Source of the DNA: an uncultured Erythrobacter sp.
GTDB lineage: Bacteria > Pseudomonadota > Alphaproteobacteria > Sphingomonadales > Sphingomonadaceae
Direction: 5' to 3'
Assembly: GCA_947488755.1 (NCBI GenBank)
Contig: CANLAD010000001.1
Location: 198,247 to 262,246, forward strand
Length of the DNA stretch: 64,000 nt
Below, piece after piece: positions 44,655-53,634 of this stretch. How positions within the stretch are numbered: the stretch's first letter is position 1; each line of letters begins with the position of its first letter. The position numbers and the translations under genes are program-made. The notes beneath the pieces were generated by a model, which was not told the DNA's origin, did not search any database, and saw only the letters and a program-made list of their open reading frames with translations.

Positions 44655-45380
44655 CTATCGGTTCCGGCCGAATGTTGCGTCGAAAGCCTCCTGATCGCCT
44701 GATTGCAGCAGGCGCGCCTGCTCCACCCATTGATCGCGCCGGATGCGACCCGAAAAGCGGCCCAGCTTTGCATCGATCCGATCGATATCCGCGTCGTCCC
44801 AGCCAGCGATCTGGTCAAAGCGCGTGATCCGTTCATCGCGCAGCATCGCCGCGAGCTTCGGCCCCAGGCCCTTGATCCGGGTGAGGTCATCACCATCCGC
44901 ATTGTCCGAAGCGGGAGGAGATGCGGGTTCCGGTGGCTTTGCCGGTGTGGCAGGCGGAGAGGGGCGGGTCCGCTCCCCCTCGCGCGCTTCGGGATGCGGA
45001 GCCGTTTGTGTATCGCTCGCCTCGGTCAGCGTCTGTGGCTGTTCGTGCGGACGCGGCGGCACGGGATCGCCCACCGTTGGCGCAACCGTGACGCCCGCCT
45101 CGGCATCGGCATCCTCGCCAGCGGTCGCGATTGTGTCCGAATTGGCATTCGCCGAGGTCTGGCCATAGACGATCTCGGTCGCCTTGGGGGAGTCGATCAG
45201 CGCCTGATTTCGCGTCGGTTTGCCACCGCCCTCCTCCAGCTTTTCTGCATCCGGTCCCGTGCTTTCATCGTCGATAACGGTGGTCTTGCGATTGGAACGC
45301 GCGACCAGCCAGATAACGATCAGAAGCAGAACCAGCCCGATCAGAATGAAGGGCAGGGCAGTGGCGAATTCAGGAGACAT
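44655..45380 (-). CDS. membrane-anchored protein with C-terminal helix-hairpin-helix-like domain (hypothetical)
   Basis: 241 aa. N-terminal TM helix ALPFILIGLVLLLIVIWLVA. A long acidic/Pro-rich disordered linker follows. The C-terminus is DDLTRIKGLGPKLAAMLRDERITRFDQIAGW. Confidence 0.6.
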   Translation of the reverse strand: MSPEFATALPFILIGLVLLLIVIWLVARSNRKTTVIDDESTGPDAEKLEEGGGKPTRNQALIDSPKATEIVYGQTSANANSDTIATAGEDADAEAGVTVAPTVGDPVPPRPHEQPQTLTEASDTQTAPHPEAREGERTRPSPPATPAKPPEPASPPASDNADGDDLTRIKGLGPKLAAMLRDERITRFDQIAGWDDADIDRIDAKLGRFSGRIRRDQWVEQARLLQSGDQEAFDATFGRNR

Positions 45381-45483
45381 CTAGCGGACCTCTTGGGAAT
45401 GGTTCGGGTTGGCCGCGCCCTTAGCAAAGGCGCGCACCCCATTCCAAGCGTCCGCGCGCCGCGCTTGTTCCGCGCGGCGGTAT

Positions 45484-47172
45484 TTAACCCCCGCCGCGCA
45501 TCGCGCCCGCCAGTTCGTTCAGTTCGAGAAATTCCTGCCGCAGAAATTCCGACTGTCGACCGGCAAGCGCGCCGATATCATCATGGTCAAAATCCATCAT
45601 CAGCTCATCGCTGCGCAGCACTTGCCCATAGGCGGCCACAGCGGCGGCGAAGGCGAAGTCGCCGCGCGGGCGTCCTGCGTCGATGAAAGCGTCGCTGTGC
45701 ACCACGCGATCGACCAGCCGCGAAGTCTCGCCATCGGGCAGTTTGAAGCGCAGTTTCACGTGCGCGGCCTCGGCCATGCGGCGCGCGGCTTCGGAGCGCG
45801 GAGCTTCTTCGTATCGGCGCGGAGCGATCCAGCCCTTCGTCCCGGCCCGCACGACCTCGTAAACCGCCGTTACCTGATGGCCGGCGCCGATATCGCCCGC
45901 ATCAACCGCGTCATTATCGAAATCCTCTTCTCGCAGCACGCGGTTCTCGTATCCGACCAGGCGATATTGCGAGATGACAGCGGGGTTGAATTCGACCTGG
46001 ATCTTCACGTCCTTGGCGATGGTGAAGAGCGTGCTCGACATTTCATCGCCAAGCACCTTTTTCGCCTCAAGCGCACTGTCGATGTAGGCGTAATTGCCGT
46101 TCCCGTGATTGGCTATCTGCTCCATCAGGGCTTCGTTGTAATTGCCGGTGCCAAAGCCCAGCGTTGTTAGCGTGATGCCGCTGTCGCGCTTTTTCTCGAT
46201 CATTTCGACCAGCGTATCGCGATCCGACACGCCGACATTGAAATCGCCATCGGTGGCGAGGATCACGCGGTTGACGCCGCCTTCGATAAAGTTGTCCTCC
46301 GCGATGTTGTAGGCGAGTTCGAGGCCCGCACCGCCCGCGGTCGATCCTCCGGCGGAAAGCTGGTCGAGTGCGCGCCGAATCTTCGCGGTGCTGCTGGTCG
46401 GTTCGAGCACGAGGCCAGCTGCTCCGGCGTAGACGACGATCGAGACGCGGTCATCCTCGCCCAATTCGCCGGCCAGACCCGATAGTGCAGTCTTGACCAG
46501 TGGGAGCTTATCCGGGTTGTTCATCGATCCCGATACGTCCATCAGGAATACGAGGTTGGCGTCAGGGCGCTCATTGCGCTCGATATCGTAGCCGCGAAGG
46601 CCGATGCGCATGAGATAGGTGTCATCGTTCCACGGCGTGCGCGCGACGTCGGTGGTGATGGAGAACGGCACGTCGCGGCTTTGCGGCGCGGGATAGTCGT
46701 AGCGGAAATAGTTGATCATTTCCTCGGTCCGTACCGCGTTTTGCGGCGGCAACTGGCCGGTGCTGACGAAGCGCCGCATATTGGCATAGGCTCCGGTGTC
46801 GACATCGACGCTGAAGGTGCTGACCGGCTCCGCGCTGGTGAGCCTGACCGGGGAGACTTCCTCGCCGTCATAACGCTCTCTGCTCGGATCGACGGCCACG
46901 CGCACGGGCGGGATATGATGCATGGCTGGCGCGGCGGCAGGAGGAGCGTAGGCGTTTGAGTCCTGCGTTTCGCTTCGCATACGAGAAGCGGTGACCGTAA
47001 TTGCTTGCGGCGCCTCCTCAGCGTCGACCGTGGTCACCTGCTCTGGCGCTTTGTCTCCGCCAGGCGATGTGCTGCAGGCGGCTAGCAGGCCAACATGGCC
47101 AAGCGCCACTGCCCCCAAAATCAAATATTTCCGCGTCTTTGGATGGTGGGCGTCGAACTCGGTTTCCGGCAT
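45484..47172 (-). CDS. von Willebrand factor type A domain lipoprotein (YfbK-like)
   Basis: 562 aa. Lipobox GLLAAC. Contains FSVDVDTGAYANMRRF, the MIDAS motif VFLMDVSGSM, and GTGNYNEALMEQIANHGNGNYAYI. Strong SD GAAGGAGGA. Confidence 0.85.
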   Translation of the reverse strand: MPETEFDAHHPKTRKYLILGAVALGHVGLLAACSTSPGGDKAPEQVTTVDAEEAPQAITVTASRMRSETQDSNAYAPPAAAPAMHHIPPVRVAVDPSRERYDGEEVSPVRLTSAEPVSTFSVDVDTGAYANMRRFVSTGQLPPQNAVRTEEMINYFRYDYPAPQSRDVPFSITTDVARTPWNDDTYLMRIGLRGYDIERNERPDANLVFLMDVSGSMNNPDKLPLVKTALSGLAGELGEDDRVSIVVYAGAAGLVLEPTSSTAKIRRALDQLSAGGSTAGGAGLELAYNIAEDNFIEGGVNRVILATDGDFNVGVSDRDTLVEMIEKKRDSGITLTTLGFGTGNYNEALMEQIANHGNGNYAYIDSALEAKKVLGDEMSSTLFTIAKDVKIQVEFNPAVISQYRLVGYENRVLREEDFDNDAVDAGDIGAGHQVTAVYEVVRAGTKGWIAPRRYEEAPRSEAARRMAEAAHVKLRFKLPDGETSRLVDRVVHSDAFIDAGRPRGDFAFAAAVAAYGQVLRSDELMMDFDHDDIGALAGRQSEFLRQEFLELNELAGAMRGGG

Positions 47173-47283
47173 CTTGGTCCTCCTTCAATGACGGAGCCGA
47201 AAGTCCCATCGTGTCGATGAACGGTGCATGAGTTTCGATTAACAACGACCATCTTTTGGCCACAATTAACCATCTTGCGTGAG

Positions 47284-48864
47284 TTATTGGGTGGGTTGTT
47301 TGGCTTTTGACCCCGCTTCGGCAGCGGGAGCGGGCGCCACGTTCTTGCGGAACAGCATCTTGTCCTCCTCGCCAAAGCCACGCTTCCAAATGACCCACAG
47401 GTAAATCGCGAGGATCGCGGGCATTCCAAACAGCAGTTCCACCCATTCGGGCAATTGCGTTGCCACAAAGCCCACGATTACGGCAGGTCCGGCGGCCCAG
47501 ACCAACGCCCAGCGCCAATTGCTCACCGGTGCCTTCAGCAGGGTCTTGAGCACGATTGCCTTGACCAGACTCGACACCGCCAGCGCGATGAACAGAGCCC
47601 CCGCTGCGCCCGCCGCCTGGAAGCCTTCGTCCCAGCCATAAGCCTGCGCCACAAGGATCAGCACGATTGTCAGCACCGCCTGCAATGTGATGACGCCCAC
47701 ACTGATCGCGAGATTGCGCTTGCGGGCGATGTAGACCAGCACCCCTTCGGAGACGACCGCCATCGAGGCCACGACTTCGGCGGCCAGCAACAGGGCAAGC
47801 GCGCCGGTCCCGCCGACAACCTCCGGTCCGCCCAGGCCCATCACAGCCTCGCCCGGAATGCCGAGCGCAAGCGCGATCCCCAATTGCAGCGCGATGATCC
47901 AGAAACCGACCTGCCGCACCTGGCTGGCGATGGCCGACATATTGCCGATCTTCAGGTTCTTGGTGATGACCGGGGACAGGATCGGCTCGAAACTGGTCTT
48001 GAGCTTTTGCGGCAGGCTCGCGATCTGCTGCGCGAAGAAATAGGTGCCGACCGTGCCGGGCGACACGAAATAGCCCAGGATGATGACATCGAGCAGCCGC
48101 GTACCGCGCTCGATCACATCGGCCCCCACCAGCGGCAATGCGCGGCCGATCATGTCGATCAGATAACGCGGTCGCGGGCGCCATCCGCGCGGGGCACCGT
48201 AAGTGCGGCCAAACGACCAGGCGGCAGTCGCAAGCCCGGCATAGATCGACACCAGAAACGCGAGCGCCAGCCCGCCATCGCCGATACCCGGCACGAGCAG
48301 GAACGCCCCCGCCGCGATCGAGATTGCCCAGGGCTCCACGATGGCGCGCGCGCGCACGGTGGTGGCAATGTCATAGCGATAGGCCTGTGCGGCGAGCAGG
48401 ATCTCGGTCAGCGCATAGCCGGGCAGCGCGGCGATCATCCACTTGTCGAGCGGGGAATTGACGCCATTGGGAAACATCACCGCCGGGAATGTCCAGAGCA
48501 GGGCGGCGACCGGTATCGTGACGACCAAGGCAGCCAGCAATCCATCGAATACGAGATTGGTCTTGACCCGCTCGCTTCCCGGCTCGGCATCCTCTGCGCC
48601 TTGCGTCAATCGTTGGGCGAGGCCGCGCTTTTCTCCCAGCGCGCAGACCAGTGCGAGGATTTCGATGATGACGAACGCGGAGGCGAAACGCCCCATCTCC
48701 TCGACGCCGTAGAGCCGGTAGCCGATGAACAGGAACGGCAGACGCGCGACCAGCCTGATGACGAAGCCCATCGCATTGGTGCGGCCACCCTTGGCAAGGG
48801 TCGCCATATCGTCGCCCCCCTTCGCCGGTTCGGGTTGGGCGTGTGCGCCGGGGGGAATGCTCAT
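47284..48864 (-). CDS. MOP-superfamily oligosaccharide/polysaccharide flippase-like membrane protein
   Basis: 526 aa, polytopic (12 or more hydrophobic segments), with Wzx/MurJ-like topology. The ATG overlaps the gpsA stop (ATGA). Confidence 0.65.
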   Translation of the reverse strand: MSIPPGAHAQPEPAKGGDDMATLAKGGRTNAMGFVIRLVARLPFLFIGYRLYGVEEMGRFASAFVIIEILALVCALGEKRGLAQRLTQGAEDAEPGSERVKTNLVFDGLLAALVVTIPVAALLWTFPAVMFPNGVNSPLDKWMIAALPGYALTEILLAAQAYRYDIATTVRARAIVEPWAISIAAGAFLLVPGIGDGGLALAFLVSIYAGLATAAWSFGRTYGAPRGWRPRPRYLIDMIGRALPLVGADVIERGTRLLDVIILGYFVSPGTVGTYFFAQQIASLPQKLKTSFEPILSPVITKNLKIGNMSAIASQVRQVGFWIIALQLGIALALGIPGEAVMGLGGPEVVGGTGALALLLAAEVVASMAVVSEGVLVYIARKRNLAISVGVITLQAVLTIVLILVAQAYGWDEGFQAAGAAGALFIALAVSSLVKAIVLKTLLKAPVSNWRWALVWAAGPAVIVGFVATQLPEWVELLFGMPAILAIYLWVIWKRGFGEEDKMLFRKNVAPAPAAEAGSKAKQPTQ

Positions 48865-49868
48865 CTGCTCCGATCCGCGCGTTCGGCCTTGAGCGGGCGG
48901 GCGAGGAGTTCGTCGACGATCTGGCGTGGTGCTTCGCCTTGCAGAATCGCATCAACTGCGGTGACGATCGGCATAGCAATATCGCGGCGCGTCGCCAGGT
49001 CGGCCAGCACCGGCGCAGTATGCGCGCCTTCAGCCACGGTGGTGCGGTCGGCCATGAGGTCCGCGGCGCTACGGCCTTCACCCAGAGCCTTTCCGAGCGA
49101 GAAATTGCGGCTTGAGGTGGAGGAGCAGGTGAGGACCAGATCGCCCAGCCCGCACAGTCCGCTCAGCGTTTCCGCGCGCGCGCCAAGCGCCTCGCCAAAC
49201 CGCAGCATTTCGGAAAACCCCCGCGCGATCAGCGCCGCGCGCGCATTCTGGCCAAGCGCTAAACCGTCTACCACGCCGCACGCAATGGCGAGCACGTTCT
49301 TGATCGCCCCGCCAATCTCCGCGCCCGTCACGTCGTCGGTGTAGTAGGGGCGAAAGGTGCGCCGCGCGATGGCGGGGGAGAGCCGGTCCCATTGTTCGCG
49401 TCCACCTTCGCAGGCCAGGGTGACGGCGGTGGGCAGCCCGCCAGCGACCTCGTGTGCGAAGGTCGGGCCCGAGAGGACCGCGATGGCGCTGCCCGGACAG
49501 GCGGCACGCGCGACGTCGTTCATCAGCCGCCCGGTCCCGGCCTCAATCCCCTTGGAGCACAGGACAAGATCGCGCGGCGGTTTGGACAGGCCCGATAACA
49601 CTGTCCCGAGCACTTGCGCAGGCGTGACCGACAGCACGATGTCTAACGGCGCAAGATCCGCGAGGTCGCCCGTGGCGCGGATGTTTTCGGCAAGTTCGGC
49701 GCTTGGCAGATAGACCGGGTTGCGATGCTGCGCGTTGATCGCTTCGACCACCTCGACTTCGTAGGCCCACAGCACCACGTCGCGCCCGTCGCTCGCCAGC
49801 ATCTGTGCAAGGGCGGTGCCCCATGCGCCCGCGCCGATGACGCCGATGGTTTGATCGCTGGAGCTCAT
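48861..49868 (-). CDS. gpsA: NAD(P)H-dependent glycerol-3-phosphate dehydrogenase
   Basis: 335 aa from [21 protein letters not shown]. Contains [10 protein letters not shown] and [12 protein letters not shown]. The start overlaps the tsaD stop (ATGA). Confidence 0.92.
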   Translation of the reverse strand: MSSSDQTIGVIGAGAWGTALAQMLASDGRDVVLWAYEVEVVEAINAQHRNPVYLPSAELAENIRATGDLADLAPLDIVLSVTPAQVLGTVLSGLSKPPRDLVLCSKGIEAGTGRLMNDVARAACPGSAIAVLSGPTFAHEVAGGLPTAVTLACEGGREQWDRLSPAIARRTFRPYYTDDVTGAEIGGAIKNVLAIACGVVDGLALGQNARAALIARGFSEMLRFGEALGARAETLSGLCGLGDLVLTCSSTSSRNFSLGKALGEGRSAADLMADRTTVAEGAHTAPVLADLATRRDIAMPIVTAVDAILQGEAPRQIVDELLARPLKAERADRSR

Positions 49869-50941
49869 GCCTTCACCCCCGCACCGCGCACCATCTCCGC
49901 CTCCGGATCGAGCGGCCAGCGCGGACGTGCTTTGAGGTCGAGCGGGTCGCCGCGAAAATCGGTACCCTCGGCGATCAGACGCTCGCATCCCGCCCATGCA
50001 ATCATCGCAGCGTTGTCTGTGCACAGGGCGAGCGGCGGCGCAACGAAGCGCATGTCGTGGCTCGCCGCGAGCTGTTCGAGAGCGCCGCGCACGGCCTTGT
50101 TGGCGGCAACGCCTCCCGCGACGACAAGGGCGGGAAACGAGCCTTCACCTCGCAGCGCATGTTCGAGTCGGTCCACCAGGCACTCGATCGCGGCCCGCTG
50201 GAAGCTCGCGGCGATATCAGCGGCTGCGTGCTGGCCAGTATCGTATGCTCGCAAAACCGCGCTTTTCAGTCCGGCGAAGGAAAAGTGCGGCTCCTTCGAC
50301 CCCTTCAGCGGGCGCGGCAGAGGCACCGCCCCAGGATCACCATCCAACGCTAGCTTTTCCACCGCGGGGCCGCCGGGATAACCCAGCCCGAGAATCTTTG
50401 CGGTCTTGTCGAACGCTTCGCCGAGCGCGTCGTCGATCGTCGTAGCGAGCCTGCGATAGTGTCCGATCCCTTCGACAGCGAGGATCTGGCAATGTCCGCC
50501 TGACACGAGCAACAACAGGTAGGGAAAGCCAAGCTCCGCATCCGCGAGGCGGGGCGACAGGGCGTGACCCTCGAGGTGGTTGACCGCGATCAGGGGCTTG
50601 TCCGCCGCCATCGCCAGCGCCTTCCCGCTGACAAGCCCGACCATTACCCCGCCGATCAATCCCGGCCCGGCGGTCGCCGCGATCGCGTCAATGTCGGCGA
50701 GCGTAAGACCTGCATCGGCGAATACGCCTTCGATCATGGGGGCGAGCCGTTCCGCATGGGCGCGCGCCGCGATTTCGGGCACAACGCCGCCATAGGGCGC
50801 GTGTTCGGCCTCCTGGCTCGCGATTTGCTCGGCCAGGACGGTACGATCCGTGCGAACCAGCGCCACGGCGGTCTCGTCGCAGCTCGATTCGATACCGAAC
50901 ACGATGCGGCTTTTTTCAGGGCTGTGCGCTTCCGATCCCAT
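49865..50941 (-). CDS. tsaD: tRNA N6-adenosine threonylcarbamoyltransferase
   Basis: 358 aa; contains [27 protein letters not shown] and VVAGGVAAN. Confidence 0.95.
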   Translation of the reverse strand: MGSEAHSPEKSRIVFGIESSCDETAVALVRTDRTVLAEQIASQEAEHAPYGGVVPEIAARAHAERLAPMIEGVFADAGLTLADIDAIAATAGPGLIGGVMVGLVSGKALAMAADKPLIAVNHLEGHALSPRLADAELGFPYLLLLVSGGHCQILAVEGIGHYRRLATTIDDALGEAFDKTAKILGLGYPGGPAVEKLALDGDPGAVPLPRPLKGSKEPHFSFAGLKSAVLRAYDTGQHAAADIAASFQRAAIECLVDRLEHALRGEGSFPALVVAGGVAANKAVRGALEQLAASHDMRFVAPPLALCTDNAAMIAWAGCERLIAEGTDFRGDPLDLKARPRWPLDPEAEMVRGAGVKA

Positions 50942-50985
50942 CGCGCTTCCATCTAGACCCTGTGGAAGCTAGGGCAAGCGCGACC

Positions 50986-51927
50986 ATGACCGACACACGC
51001 AATTCCGACATTCAGATCCGATTGGGAACACGCAATTCCCCGCTTGCGATGGCGCAGGCGCATGAGACCCGTGCGCGGCTCTGCGCGGCGCATGGCTGGG
51101 CGGAAGACGCCGTCGAGCTTGTGCCGGTGGTCGCGAGCGGGGACAAGGTGCTCGACCGGCCACTCTCCGAAATCGGTGGCAAGGCGCTGTGGACCAAGGA
51201 ACTGGACCTGTGGCTGCGCGAGGGACGGATCGACGTCGCGGTCCATTCGGCCAAGGATGTCGAGACCGATCGGCCGGAAGACTTCACCTTTGCGGCTGCA
51301 TTGCCGCGCGCGGACCGGCGCGACAGTCTGGTGGGCGCGGACAGCATCGCCGCGATCCCCCAAGGTGCAACCGTAGGGACGAGCGCGCCGCGCCGCGCCG
51401 CGCAATTACTGAACCTGCGCCCCGATTGCGAGGTGGTGACCTTTCGCGGCAATGTCGCAACCCGGCTGGGCAAGCTCGAAGCGGGCGAAGCGGATGTTAC
51501 CTTTCTCGCCGCAGCCGGGTTGGAGCGATTGGGGCAGGCGGAGGTCGGTGTGCCGCTCGATAAGACCGAATGGATCCCTGCGGCCGCGCAAGGGGTGATT
51601 GCGCTCGAAGCGATGACGGCGAACGACACCGCGATGCGCGCTGTCGCCGCGATCGACCATGCGCCGACCCGCGCCGAATTCGAAGCGGAACGTGCGCTGC
51701 TCGCCCGGCTGGGCGGTACGTGCCACAGCCCGGTCGCTGCGCTGTGCGAACACGATGGCGGGGCGCTGTCAATGCGCGCGGCATTGTTCAGCCCGGACGG
51801 GCGCGAGCGGATCGAAGGCACCGCACGCTTTGCAGCTGGCGAATACCACGCTGTCGCGGCGCTCGCCGACGATCTGCTAGCCCGCGCCACGCCGGGCATC
51901 GCTCCGCATTTTCGCGCAATCGGATGA
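50986..51927 (+). CDS. hemC: hydroxymethylbilane synthase (porphobilinogen deaminase)
   Basis: 313 aa from ATG 50986 (the ORF track starts at GTG 50962). Contains IRLGTRNSPLAMAQA, RGNVATRLGKL and the cofactor Cys in GGTCHSPVAAL. Confidence 0.92.
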   Translation: MTDTRNSDIQIRLGTRNSPLAMAQAHETRARLCAAHGWAEDAVELVPVVASGDKVLDRPLSEIGGKALWTKELDLWLREGRIDVAVHSAKDVETDRPEDFTFAAALPRADRRDSLVGADSIAAIPQGATVGTSAPRRAAQLLNLRPDCEVVTFRGNVATRLGKLEAGEADVTFLAAAGLERLGQAEVGVPLDKTEWIPAAAQGVIALEAMTANDTAMRAVAAIDHAPTRAEFEAERALLARLGGTCHSPVAALCEHDGGALSMRAALFSPDGRERIEGTARFAAGEYHAVAALADDLLARATPGIAPHFRAIG

Positions 51928-52610
51928 CGCAAAAGGCGACGGGGCTGGTGGCGATCCGGCCCGAGCCAGGTCTGACATCGACACTCGCGCTGGGCCGCGA
52001 ACTGGGTCTACCGATCATCAGCGCGCCGCTGTTCGAGATTCGCTCTCGCGAATGGGAAGCCCCCGGTGCCGACACGATAGATGCGCTTCTGATCGGTAGC
52101 GCCAATGCTTTTCTGCATGGCGGAGAGTGTCTTTCTCGCTTTGCGGAAAAACCTGTCCACGCCGTGGGCAAAGCGACCGCGCGTGCTGCCAAGGATGCCG
52201 GTTTCACAATCGCTGCGATCGGCGCGGGCGGATTGCAAAACGTGCTCGATGCAATCGTGCCACCCGCGTGTCTTTTACGGATCGCCGGGGCGGAGCATGT
52301 CGCGCTCGATGTGCCCGATGGAATCGCGATCCACACCGTGATCGCCTATGAAAGCGTCGCCAGGCCGCTCGACCCTGCGTTGATCTCACAAGCTGGGGAT
52401 CATCCATTGGTCCTGCTCCATTCCGCAGCCGCCGCTGCGCATTTCGCTGCAGAATGCGACCGCTTGGGAATCGCGCGGGATCGGATTTCACTTGCTGCGC
52501 TCGGCCCCCGCATCTCCGCCGCCGCAGGGGAGAACTGGCGCGCTGTCCACGTCGCTCCGCATCCATCGGACCGTCAAATGTTGGAAATGCTGCGCGAGAC
52601 GTGCATATAG
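51924..52610 (+). CDS. hemD: uroporphyrinogen-III synthase
   Basis: 228 aa. The ATG overlaps the hemC stop (ATGA). Low-identity HemD-like two-lobe pattern (LLIGSANAF...VHAVGKATA...LLHSAAAA). The call relies partly on its position after hemC. Confidence 0.7.
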   Translation: MTQKATGLVAIRPEPGLTSTLALGRELGLPIISAPLFEIRSREWEAPGADTIDALLIGSANAFLHGGECLSRFAEKPVHAVGKATARAAKDAGFTIAAIGAGGLQNVLDAIVPPACLLRIAGAEHVALDVPDGIAIHTVIAYESVARPLDPALISQAGDHPLVLLHSAAAAAHFAAECDRLGIARDRISLAALGPRISAAAGENWRAVHVAPHPSDRQMLEMLRETCI

Positions 52611-52682
52611 GGCGCGCAAACGCCGCAAGCGCGCTCGCACCGGATCGGTGGGCGCGCAGGCAGGCTGACATAACGGACGGGT

Positions 52683-53633
52683 ATGGCTTCGAAATATTCC
52701 AGCCGCCGCAAACCGGCCTCCACGCGAGGCTATCTGTTGGCGGGACTGGCTTCCTTCATTCTTGGCGGCGTGCTGGTTGGCTACGTCGTGTATTACAACG
52801 TCGATGGCGAGGAAACTGCCTCGGTCGAGGCGGCGGCTGATGCCACAACGCAGGGCCTGTCGGACACCCCATCGCCGACGCCAACGGCTTCCGCGGCACC
52901 ATCACCAAGTCCGCTTGCCGACGCGGTTGCTGCGCTGGGCGGTGCGGATGCGGGGGAGGAGGCCGCAGAGGCCGTCAATCGCGTCGCCGAACAGCAGGGC
53001 GGTCTGGATCAGCGCCTTGCCGCAGCCGAACAGCGGCTCGCCCGGCTCGACCTGCAGGCTCAGGCGGCGGCGGGGAATGCCGCGCGGGCCGAGGGGCTGC
53101 TGATTGCGTTTGCGACCCGCCGTGCGGTCGAACGCGGGGCGGAGCTTGGCTATCTCGCCGATCAATTGCGCCTGCGCTTTTCCGATCAATGGCCCAATGC
53201 GGTCAGCACCATCATCAATTTCGCGCGCGATCCGATCCGCATCGACAATCTTACCGCGCGACTTGAAGGGCTGGCCCCTGAACTGGTCGAGCGCGACGAG
53301 GGCATGAGCTTGGATCTGCTGCAGCGCGAGATTGGCAGCCTGTTCGTCATTCGCCGCGAAAGCACGCCTTCGCCGCAGCCCGAACGAAGGCTTGAACGCG
53401 CGCGCATCGCGCTCGAACAGGGCCGGTATCAGAACGCGATCGACGAAATCAGCGGGCTGCCGGGCGCAGACGAGGCGCAGAGCTGGATCGCCGATGCCGA
53501 GCGGTATCGCGATGCGATGCAGGCGCTCGAAGTGATCGAGACCGCCGCCGTACTCGACCAGAGCGGCTTGCGCGATGGCGCGGGCAATGTCGTGCGCCAG
53601 CCGAGCCCGGTCGACCAGACCGGAAGCGAGTGA
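52683..53633 (+). CDS. mitofilin/Mic60-like (HemX-related) inner-membrane protein
   Basis: 316 aa with an N-terminal TM helix (YLLAGLASFILGGVLVGYVVY). It also has a Pro/Ala/Ser linker and a coiled-coil segment (QRLAAAEQRLARLDLQAQAAAG). The C-terminal region is WIADAERYRDAMQALEVIE. It lies immediately after hemC-hemD. Confidence 0.6.
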   Translation: MASKYSSRRKPASTRGYLLAGLASFILGGVLVGYVVYYNVDGEETASVEAAADATTQGLSDTPSPTPTASAAPSPSPLADAVAALGGADAGEEAAEAVNRVAEQQGGLDQRLAAAEQRLARLDLQAQAAAGNAARAEGLLIAFATRRAVERGAELGYLADQLRLRFSDQWPNAVSTIINFARDPIRIDNLTARLEGLAPELVERDEGMSLDLLQREIGSLFVIRRESTPSPQPERRLERARIALEQGRYQNAIDEISGLPGADEAQSWIADAERYRDAMQALEVIETAAVLDQSGLRDGAGNVVRQPSPVDQTGSE

Positions 53634-53634
53634 T

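Noticed and set aside
47248-47276. 8-bp direct repeat ACCATCTT (47248-47255 and 47269-47276), with nearby ATTAAC copies, upstream of the vWA gene as a CtrA-type box.
   Set aside because: The TTAA spacing (23 nt) does not fit TTAA-N7-TTAA. The repeat is short enough to be chance in an AT-richer promoter region.
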